Positions 54,458 to 64,000 of a DNA stretch of 64,000 bases are shown here, in pieces. A program made the position numbers and the translations under genes. Where the stretch lies: assembly GCA_903813345.2 (NCBI GenBank), contig CAIIXF020000001.1, positions 27,156,001 through 27,220,000 on the forward strand. Reading direction: 5' to 3'. Source of the stretch: Owenia fusiformis (taxonomy: Eukaryota). The notes under the pieces were generated by a model. The model made no database searches. It saw nothing but the letters and a program-made list of their open reading frames with translations, and had not been told where the DNA came from. Each line of letters opens with the position of its first letter. Position 1 is the first letter of the stretch.

Positions 54458-54908
54458 CTATAGCAACCAAAGAAACATGCCATTGTCATTATTGCGATGT
54501 AAATTTGAGCATGGAGCTAATTTCAAGAAAATGATAACGCTTTTTAGAACCAAATGGAAGATGGAACACTTAGATCAACTTTTTTAGTTTTCATTATTTC
54601 TTTATTACAATAGACATAATTGTCGTACAGATGACATGGCAAATTGGCAATAGTAGACTCAATCAAATTAGCTTTTTGATATTTTTCATTTAGGAATAAT
54701 ATTTCTGTCCAAAAACAAATCAACACAGTGACCATTTTGGGAAGATTTCATAATGCAACATCGTGAAAAAATTGAAAATTCATTCCAGACTTGATTCTGA
54801 AACATGTGGGACTTAATTAAAATGGTAACTACCTGTATGGGTGTCAGTTGCCTGTACACTAAATATTGATATAATTGATGAATAAAAAAAATTAAAGGTT
54901 TCACTTAC

Positions 54909-55073
54909 GATGTTATAGTTGAATTTGACGCTACATATGATCTTGCAGCTGGATCGGGGATATCATCCAAGCTGCCCCTATCGACCAATGAGATCTTATC
55001 TACTCCTCTACTGAGATCGCTACTACTGGCCGTGGCACATGAGGTACTGAATGCCGTGTATTCAGACCCACTG
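54909..55073 (-). CDS. ERICH2: ERICH2-like gene, Ser-rich coding exon (SGSEYTAFSTSCATASSSDLSRG...NSTIT)
   Basis: Acceptor gttcttatAG|CAG (tandem NAGNAG), donor TC|GTAAGT; 165 bp; phase 2-2. Confidence 0.68.
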
Positions 55074-55202
55074 CTATAAGAACACATTTTAATTGTTATC
55101 AAATCAATATCTTGAATATGGTTTTATTCTCATACTATAGGTGGTCAACATGGACCTTAGATGCTGATGATCCGGGATTTAGTAAAAATACTTTATCTTT
55201 TT

Positions 55203-56405
55203 GGGCCCCCCCCTAGGCAGACATATTCCAGTGTCATCATAGTATGTGTCATATATCATTTTAAAGCTTATCCAAAGTTACATTGATGTGCCAAGTATCA
55301 TGGTTTAACTCAAAAATGGGAAAAAGTTACAGTCATTTTAAAAGTTAGTGTTTTGTCAAAATAAAGTTCAATTTTACACCACATTACTAGTCAATGAGTC
55401 CCCCCTTGGCCATGTTAACAGCAGCAATTATTTTCAGATATGACCTTAAAAGCCCTTCAAATAGGGGTGTAGAGTTTTTTATCCCATGGTTACAAAGATA
55501 TAGATCGAATATCACGTGAAGATATAATTGATACGTGGATGAAGATATCATATTTTAGCAAACAATTCCCAAACCATCGAATATCACTTTTGAAACCATC
55601 GAATATCACTTTTTGAAAGGTGATATTCGATGGTTCTAAAAGTGATATTCGATGGTTTCAAAAGTGATATTCGATGGTTTTGATTTTTTCAATCTTTTAT
55701 TATTAATTCAGCAAAACGATTCTTTATATGTTTTTTATTTATTTGGATCTAGTTTTTACGGCGTTTGCATTAAATACAAACCACCCTGTTACGTCATGTT
55801 TATGACGTTTGTTGAATTATTGCAATCAAAATGTTGAAATAAATAAATCTTGTTGAAATTTATCTGACTATTCAATGTTCTCTGGATAATAATTTCCCAT
55901 GGGATAAACGGACAATCCTATGGTTTTTCAAAAATATCACTTATATCCACTCATGGATATCAGTATCTTCACTCACTCGCTGCGCTCACTCGCAAAGATA
56001 TCAATATCAACTCATGGATATAAGTGATATTTTTTCAAAGCCATAGGATATTCCTATAATAACCCTCTTAAAACCTGTTAAGGCATTTCAGATGAGTTTC
56101 CTTAGAGTTTCTACCCTCACTGTTCTCTTTTTTCAACTCAATATCCATCCGACCCGAAAAGAATTGCTGCTGTTAAGATGGCCCGGAAGGACACATTGAC
56201 TAGTGATTTGGTGTAAAATTGAACTTAATTTTGACCAAACACTAAATTTTAAAATGACTGTAACTTTTTCCCATTTGGGAGTTAAACAATGATACTTAGC
56301 AAATCAATGTAACTTTGGATAAGCTTTAAAATGATATATGACACATACTATGATGACACTGGAATATGTCTGCCTAGGGGGGCCCCATACTTTCGGGACA
56401 CCCTG
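55203..56405. mobile_element. Tc1/mariner-type MITE with ~230-bp TIRs (left terminus truncated), carrying a nested element
   Basis: gggccccccctaggcagacatattccagtgtcatcatag... inverted at 56160-56387; right end ggacaccctg|TA; the matching left ~20 bp is missing. Confidence 0.8.
55470..56060. mobile_element. Nested palindrome-rich element (Crypton-like architecture, tentative)
   Basis: tatcccatgg / ccatgggata inverted pair; internal inverted tandem aaaccatcgaatatcactttt; ~140-bp terminal palindrome centred on cactcgctgcgctcactcg. Confidence 0.55.
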
Positions 56406-56985
56406 TATAAAAAACAAATACGCAACAGCTTGCATTGGAAAGGAGAGTATATAAAAAAACAATATGCAACAGCTTGCATAGAAAGGGAGAGTATATAAAA
56501 ACAAATATGGAACAGCATGTATTGAAAGGGAGAGTATATAAAAAACAAATATGCAACAGCTTGCATTGGAAAGTAAAGTATATAAAAACAAGTATGGAAC
56601 AGCTTGCATAGAAAGGGAGAGTATATAAAAAACAAATATGCAACAGCTTGCATTGGAAAGTAAAGTATATAAAAACAAGTATGGAACAGCTTGCATAGAA
56701 AGGGAGAGTATATAAAAAACAAATATGCAACAGCTTGCATTGGAAAGTAAAGTATATAAAAACAAGTATGGAACAGCTTGCATAGAAAGGGAGAGTATAT
56801 AAAAACAAATATGGAACAGCAGGCATTGAAAGGGAGGGTATATAAAAACCAAATATGCAACAGCTTGCATTGGAAAGGAGAGTATATAAAAACAAGTATG
56901 GAACAGCTTGCATAGAAAGGGAGAGTATATAAAAAACAAATATGTAACGGCTTGCATAGAAAGGGAGAGTATATAAAAACAAATA
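56406..56985 (+). repeat. 44-bp minisatellite, about 13 copies, with an alternating dimer structure
   Basis: Unit tataaaaaacaaatatgcaacagcttgcatagaaagggagagta alternating with a ...gcattggaaagtaaagta variant. Confidence 0.92.
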
Positions 56986-57071
56986 CTTACAAACATGTAT
57001 TGAGAGCATAGAGAATTGATTTGACAGCTTTACAGAGCACAGAAGTGTAGTCTTAATTCAAACTGCCGTTG

Positions 57072-57430
57072 CCGTTGCATATTTGTTTTTTATATACTCT
57101 CCCTTTCTATGCAAGCTGTTGAATATTTGTTTTTTATATACTCTCTCTTTCTATGCAAGCTGTTGCATATTTGTTTTTTATATACTCTCCCTTTCTATGC
57201 AAGCTGTTGCATATTTGTTTTTTTATATACTCTCTTTCTATGCAAGCTGTTGTATATTTGTTTTTTATATACTCTCCCTTTCGATGCAAGCTGTTGCATA
57301 TTTGTTTTTTATATACTCTCCCTTTCTATGCAAGCTGTTGCATATTTGTTTTTTTTTATATACTCTCCCTTTCTATGCAAGCTATTGCATATTTGTTTTT
57401 TATATACTCTCTCTTTCTATGCAAGCTGTC
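57072..57430 (-). repeat. Same 44-bp minisatellite in inverted orientation, about 8 copies
   Basis: Unit tgcatatttgttttttatatactctccctttctatgcaagctgt is the reverse complement of the left array. Confidence 0.92.
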
Positions 57431-57434
57431 TCAC

Positions 57435-57518
57435 CTTTGTTCAGATGGACTCTGTAATCTTGCTAGTTCTAGTTGTTCATGCTCCTTCCAGTCCAGTGAA
57501 CCATAGTCCTTTCCATCA
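57435..57518 (-). CDS. ERICH2: ERICH2-like gene, coding exon (DGKDYGSLDWKEHEQLELARLQSPSEQ)
   Basis: Acceptor tttgatAG, donor AAG|GTGAGA; 84 bp; phase 2-2, in frame with both neighbours. Confidence 0.62.
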
Positions 57519-57837
57519 CTATCAAATAATAACAAGGATAAAAATAAATAAAGCTTAACCTTATCTAATTCATCTTAACACAATAAGATACAAATATAAC
57601 CATTTAAGTCCTCTCGTTTTAATGGTGATTTTTCTTTAAACTCAAATCTAATACGCAAAATGCAAACAAAGAATAACGATTGAATATTTGACTTTCTTTT
57701 ACATCAAATATGATTTTAATTTGTAGATAAACATACATAAAGTTCTCATTAATACTGGTTTCTGAAATACATCATCTGGAAATTTCATGGACTTTGTGAT
57801 GAGCTTTTTCAAGAAAGCAATGCTCTGACATCAAATA

Positions 57838-58412
57838 CAAGGGTGGTCAAAAAAATGGAAACCCTGCATTTTCCTTATATCTTTGCCACTTTAAAAAATT
57901 ACTCCTTGATATTTCACACATTTGTACATCATTCAATTTCCGTCAACCCTACCATATTTCATGACCATTAGACTGATAGTCACAATTTTACAGCACTTTG
58001 AATAACATGCTTCAGGTTTGGCCATCATCGCGCTATAGGCAAAACAGCACAGTTGTCAATGACCCAAATGCATTCCTCAGCAGGAATGGCCTGAATGACA
58101 TGAATGATCTCACTTTTGAGGTTTCAAATTGTCCTGAGGTCATTCTCACATACTCTATCTCTGCCGTATCATCACAGGTAGGGACATTTTAGACGATGAG
58201 TATAGGTTTCCCGACAGGGCAATAGTGGCCACTGGGACATGTTCTTTAAAGTACTGTAACATTGTGACTATCAAGCTGATGGTCAGGAAATAAAGTAGGC
58301 TGGTAGCAAATTGAATGATGTACAAAAGTCCAAAATATCAGGGAGTTATTTCTTAAAATGACAAAGATATAAGGAAAATGGTATTAGGGTTTCCATTTTT
58401 TTGACCACCCTG
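57838..58412. mobile_element. Tc1/mariner-type MITE, 575 bp, TA TSD
   Basis: TA|ca(a)gggtggtcaaaaaaatggaaaccct ... agggtttccatttttttgaccaccctg|TA, with imperfect pairing for about 150 bp. Confidence 0.85.
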
Positions 58413-58639
58413 TACTATAGTATCACTGTTTGAAAAGCATAGGTATGTCTAATAAATAATAAATAAGTAGATTTTGTAATATCTGATTTGTAATGGATGT
58501 TTACTGACCCTCAGCAAAGGTGAAAAGCCTTCATGTGTATCTAAAGATTTAAGATAGTAATAAACAAGTAGTGTAAAAGATAATAATAACGGATTCTATT
58601 CTACCTTCTTCATACTTTAAAGAATCATATACGACTTAC

Positions 58640-58780
58640 TCCTCAGGTTTGCGCCTAACTGATGTAAGATTAACTTGTTTACTGGGGGTAGGGGTTCGCC
58701 GTGTCCCTGGGGAATCGGTGCGGAACATTTCGTCACTATGGATACCACTGATGTTAGATTTTCTCACTCTGCCAACATCC
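58640..58780 (-). CDS. ERICH2: ERICH2-like gene, probable coding exon (DVGRVRKSNISGIHSDEMFRTDSPGTRRTPTPSKQVNLTSVRRKPE)
   Basis: Acceptor ttttggctttAG, donor GA|GTAAGT; 141 bp; only one frame is open; phase 2-2 joins the next exon in frame. The start codon may be the internal Met. Confidence 0.6.
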
Positions 58781-58940
58781 CTAAAGCCAAAATAGAGGGA
58801 ATATACAGCTCAGCACAATTGTAAGACATATGTCAAGAATTTTTGACATCTCAATAATAATCTATAAAATTCTAGAGAATTAATCAAAATTAAACTTTAA
58901 AAACTTTTTCTTCATGCCTTCAATATCTACATGTAGGCAT

Positions 58941-60265
58941 AACACTAGAAAAACAGCAACTCCACGGAGTAGCAAATCCCACCGAACAAATCATGTTTTG
59001 ATAAAAAATTTGAGCCAAATTCATCTACTGGTATTTGAATTATCAAAGATCATGTTTTTATGAAACATGATTGCCATTTTGAAATTCAGCTGTAATCTTT
59101 AGATTTATTCTTAAGCAGAGCTCCTATGTCCCAAGGCATCAGCATATATAATTTTACCCAAATCCATCAACTGGTACTTGAGTTATCAAGGATGTTTAAT
59201 GAAAAATGGCCGAAATTTCGATAAATAGCAGCCACCTTTAAATTTCATCAGGCATCAGTATATAATATTTGAAGTAAATCCGTTCAATGGTATTTGAGTT
59301 ATCAAAGATTACCTTTTTTTATGAAAAATGGCAGCCATTTTGAAATTCAGCTTACGCCTTTGAAATTTCTTCTGAACCAGATCTCCTTTTTCCCTAAACA
59401 TCAGTATATAAAATTGGAACCAAATCCATCCACTGGTATTTGAGTTATCATTGATTACGTTTTTTTACAAAAAATGGCGGCCATTTTGAAATTCAGTGGT
59501 CATCTTGAAAATGTCTTATTGAGCAGAACTTCTTTGTCTCTAGGCATCAGCATATAGAATTTGAACCAAATCCGTCAACTGGTATTTGAGTTATCAAAGG
59601 TTACGTTCTTTTATGAAAAATGGCGGCCATTTTGAAATTTAGCTACCACCTTGAAAATCCCTTCTCGAGCAGAGCTCCTATGTCTCTACGCATCATCATG
59701 TAAAATTTGAACCAAATCCATTCAATGGTATTTGAGTTATCAAAGATAAGGTTTATTACGAAAAATGGCCGCCATTTTGAAATTTAGCTGCCATCTTGAA
59801 AATCCTTTCTCGAACAGAGCTCTAATGTCCCTCGGCATCAGCATGTAAAATTTGAACCAAATCCATTCAATGGTATTTGAGTTTTCAAAGATAACATTTT
59901 TTTATGAAAAATGGCCACCATTTTGAAATTTGGTGGCCATCTTGAAAATGTCTTCTTGAGCAAGGCTCATTTGTACCCAATCAACAACATATAAAATCTG
60001 AACCAAATCCATCCACCAGTATTTGAGTTATCAAAGATTATATTTTTTCGAAAAATGGCCGCCATTTTGAATTAAGCGGCCATATTGAAAATTTCTTCTC
60101 GAGCAGAGGTCCCTACATCCATAAGGCATAAGCCTATACAATTTGAATGAAATCTGTTTACCGGTATTTGAGTTATTGCTCGGACACACGAACGGACTTA
60201 CGGACGAACGGACGGAAGGACGGCTTTTCTATATCCCCCTCGAACTTCGTTCGGTGGGATAATAA
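58941..60265 (+). mobile_element. HINE/Helentron-like (pearl/DINE-1-type) element with about 8 tandem 146-bp core repeats
   Basis: Subterminal IR atcccaccgaac (58976) / gttcggtgggat (60249); 5' hairpin actccacggagt; gagttatca recurring about every 146 bp; (ACGG)-type microsatellite at 60181-60223; 3' hairpin cgaacttcgttcg. Confidence 0.85.
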
Positions 60266-60403
60266 CATTTCTATTCCTTTGTTTTCAATATGTACAATGT
60301 ATGTGTATGTATAACAGAATTTAATATCACAGTGTCTGTAATTGTGTAAAATAATTTAAAACTAAATAGCAAAAATGAAATAATATATAACTAAATAGTT
60401 TAC

Positions 60404-60459
60404 CATGGATATTTTGGTTTATGTAGTCTAGTCTTCCTTGGGACCAATCACTTCTAACC
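60404..60459 (-). other. Candidate upstream (5' UTR or coding) exon of the ERICH2-like gene
   Basis: atgcAG acceptor and ATG|GTAAAC donor, but no stop-free frame joins the phase-2 entry of the 58780 exon. Confidence 0.35.
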
Positions 60460-60996
60460 CTGCATCATAACAAAAAGGATACAAATACAATATGATAAAA
60501 TACAATAACATACAATACAATAACATACAATAGATCATATAAGTGGAGTGGAGCTGTTTAAGTGATCACTCCTAAATGAACAATAGTTTTAAATCTGTAC
60601 TTAATTTAGGATTTCTTCTCAACTAAATATGAAAACCTTACAATGTTATTAGAACATTTTCTTCTGATCCCAGCATTTAAGAATATTGTGAGGTAGATAT
60701 GATAGAAACTAATGAATACATCACAAATGGCACAACACTGATAATGTGGAAAGGTGAGAGATAATGCTTTCAGGCTAACTAATTGCTTATTTTCATCAAA
60801 TAAGACCCATTCATTGTCAAAATAATTGCACTTAAAGGACAACTGAAATAGCTTTTCTCAACTTGCAGCTACAAAAATGTGGTTTTCTCCATTGTAAGCC
60901 CAACATAGAGTTCTTGCGATAGCCATTATAAAATAAATGTTAGATAACTGCTAACGGTCATAGATAACGAAATAAAAACTAACTAATCAATCAAAT

Positions 60997-61190
60997 TGGC
61001 CCCCACGTGATTAGTAACATCATATACAAAATATAGCTTTGGTTTATTGGTTCCTTAGTAATCACAACGTCACGGCAACCAGAGGATTGTTGTGTAAACA
61101 AATAACAAAACATTTTGGCATTATGACGTCTTGATCTAATGGACCAAAATGGGCCACATGGGGACCAGTGAGAGATCACGTGGGGGCCAA
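60997..61190. repeat. Inverted repeat pair ttggcccccacgtgat / atcacgtgggggccaa, probable transposon remnant
   Basis: A 16-bp perfect inverted repeat about 170 bp apart. Confidence 0.45.
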
Positions 61191-61463
61191 TAACGTCACA
61201 ACCAATTCGAATATTGCTTATTAAGCAGCTATAACGATCGTTAGAGTGAAATAATTTTCACACTACTGATGAGAAAACATGTCCAAATACATTTATCAGA
61301 AAATTATATTGATTCCTTCAGGTTAAAAATACCATTTCATATCTACTTTAACTAAACTTGACAAAAGAAGCCTAAACAGTACCATCAATACAGCACTGGA
61401 ATGGTAGTCAATTTCTTATTCATAGGGAAACACTAAATGTTATTTATCTTTAAAACTACTTAC

Positions 61464-61505
61464 CATAAGAAGAAATGAATTCCAAGCTGTGTCCTCTATT
61501 ATACT
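61464..61505 (-). other. Candidate upstream 42-bp exon of the ERICH2-like gene
   Basis: tttttccAG acceptor and ATG|GTAAGT donor; no other support. Confidence 0.3.
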
Positions 61506-64000
61506 CTGGAAAAATCAGACACAGTTTTCTATGTTAAAACTGTTGTGAATACATATAGAGTAAATATGTTCAGATAGATACAGCAAATCAATATTCAATA
61601 AGGAAGCTTTGGAGGATTTAGATAAGTTATCATAATCACCCAATTAGTGAAACAATATCAAATTATAATTAATCTGAACTAACATGCAAACTATCATTTG
61701 AAGAATCAATGAACAATTTACAATAAATGTGAGACATTTTACAAATACAATGATAATGCATATTTCTTTCTTTCTCTAATGTGAGAATTGAAAAAAACTC
61801 AAACCTAATAACAACAAATTCAACCCGTTCACATTGGCTTAATATTGTTATTGTAAACCACAAATTAACATAATAGTCATAATAATTGATATTTTCAAAG
61901 AAAATGAAGTCATGAAAAAGTGAGACACTTGCATACATTTTGGAGAGAGCTTTGAAAAAATTTGGTTCAGATATAGTGGTAACATCGAAATGGCAAATCA
62001 GGTCAACAAATAAACCGCTGTACAACAATGAACCATGGGCTTTCAATTAGTTGAAAGCCCATGAATGAACGAAACAGTGTTGACAAGAACACGACAACAA
62101 TTACATGTTATTTTCTGAGTGGATCTATTTAATATCACCTCGAACATTTTCAATTTATTTAACAACGATTTCGTTTCACCAAAAGTTAATTTTCAGACAC
62201 AATTAATGGCTGATGAAAAAATATGTTTCAGAAATTGATCAGAATAGCCACATTTAACTACTTTAAATGAACAGTTAACGCGAATTGTTACAGTGCTGAT
62301 ATATAATAATATAGGGTGCATTTTCAAACTAAAAAGAGTGTTCCTACCAAAATGAATTTGCCTACATACCCCTGAAACTCGTATCTGATAGATAGAATGC
62401 ACAAATAAAACAAAAGTTTTGCAATTATAGGTAAAAAGTTCTCTTGAAATTTCGAAGTGATTTTACCTGTTAATTCTGTCCATGGTCGGCCATTTTTGCG
62501 GAAGTTACACTGAAACGCAAACTCCATATAACGAAACGAAATCACTAGAAAAAAACATGGCACACATTGTGCGCATGTGCAGCAAAGTTTAGACCAATTA
62601 GATTATTTGATTATTTCGCGCACGTGAATTATTTGCTTCCGAGCACTTACAAGCTTGCCACAATAAACTAACCTGGCAGAGACTACCCTTAGCCTACTTC
62701 ATTTTGGCGAAATTTCAGCTCAAACTCGTGAAAAATGCATTATGCATACGCTGGTGTGAAGCCTTGGAGACACTCATTTTGGTAAATATGATTTATGGGG
62801 TATACTTTTCTGCAGTTTGTGGGAGTTTGGGACATTAAATGTTAAAATTCAAGAAAATATGCCAATTAAACGACTGATCGATTATTATATACCAGCACTG
62901 TACATGGAATATTTTGAAGGTTGGTGACATCATTGTTAATAACATAGCAAGGAAGTTAACTCAATAACGACTCTAATGAATGCTGTAATTGGGTTTACTT
63001 GTTAAACTAATCGGGAATGCATCGGGATAAAAAAATATGAATGATGACCCCGGAATGACACCCCTGAGTGAGAGATGAAATTTTTCAATAGACATGGAGT
63101 GGTGAGATGGGTAGATTTTAATTCCGGTCAATTCTAATATCTGTTCCTACGCCTGTAAGAGGAGGGGAAGCTTCAGAGCTTTAGTGATAACAGAATAATT
63201 TACTTGCTTACAACCTTCGTTTGTTCGAATTTTCACTGGCTAGTTTCCAAATGCTACACTTCGATGTGATGTTTTAATTGATGTAGGCATATTTTGTACA
63301 CTTTTTTTTGTCTTGATGTGAAATAAGAAGGTAAGAACATAATATTATTCGAAGCATATTTCCAAAATTTTGAGGCCGCTATTTTGTTTGTCGATTTTTG
63401 ACCAACCAGAGATGTATGTCATCTCAATACACGTATACATTATAAGGATATGTCATCTTTGAACTCTGTTAATGCTCCTGGGTGCCTGTGTTTTCTTGCC
63501 TAACTTAGCCTTAAAAAAATTAGGAAAATTTAATAAAAAAACATATGAAAATGCCTACAACTTGGCAGTACATCTCTTGCAATGGCAAACACACTCACTA
63601 TTAAATAAACATGTCGTCCATCTATTGATTGTACAATGATCTTCCAATCCAATTCACGGCGTAAGCCAAAATAACGCCGAAAAGCGAAATGTTTTGAAAT
63701 GTTAAAAGTAGGTCAATTTCCAAGATGGAAGTTTTAGAGCTAGCAATGTTTAGCTTAGTAAAATATCATATCATGCAACCGTCATAGTTAGAGCAATTTA
63801 TTAATAAAATAATCAGAAAGATGAAGCATGGGATCCAGTATGATTTATATTATGAATATGGTGTACTAACATGGAAAATAATAGGACATAACTTTAGTGC
63901 GAAACTCGCCACAATATACAAAGCTGGTTTTATTGCAAAATAAAAAATCCTGATAACTTACACTCATCTCTCCCGTTAGACACATGTAAGTAGCTGAATA

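Noticed and set aside
56304-57558. Overlapping hydrophobic ORFs (FYILSLSMQAVAY...)
   Set aside because: Translations of the 44-bp minisatellite cycling through frames; intronic.
62480-62760. CpG-enriched patch with GCGCATG, CCAAT and CACGTG motifs as the ERICH2 promoter
   Set aside because: Could equally be a transposon interior; the position relative to a first exon cannot be established.

Overview
AT-rich eukaryotic genomic DNA. GT-AG introns and bivalve/gastropod-style HINE and MITE repeats suggest an invertebrate, probably a mollusc (inference). Two spliced genes lie on the minus strand. (1) A giant, signal-peptide-bearing, Thr-rich acidic mucin-like gene with exons 37410-36975, 29993-19377, 19128-8545 and 7756-5693. 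These join in frame through three phase-1 introns to give about 7,900 aa with no stop, and the last donor (also phase 1) is still open, so the gene probably continues leftwards. Each giant exon has its own tandem repeat: 11-aa QTTSDTMTTEG, 7-aa EITTxxA, 7-aa VTTDGAA. (2) An ERICH2-like glutamate-rich gene (about 58.8-47.7 kb) with two apparent alternative 3' ends. The remainder is intron/intergenic DNA crowded with non-autonomous transposons (a three-level nested insertion, several foldback MITEs, HINE/Helentron-like satellite carriers), minisatellites (one arranged as an inverted pair) and a 2.69-kb tandem duplication that may hold decayed fibrinogen-like coding relics. The long plus-strand ORFs over the mucin exons are antisense shadows.
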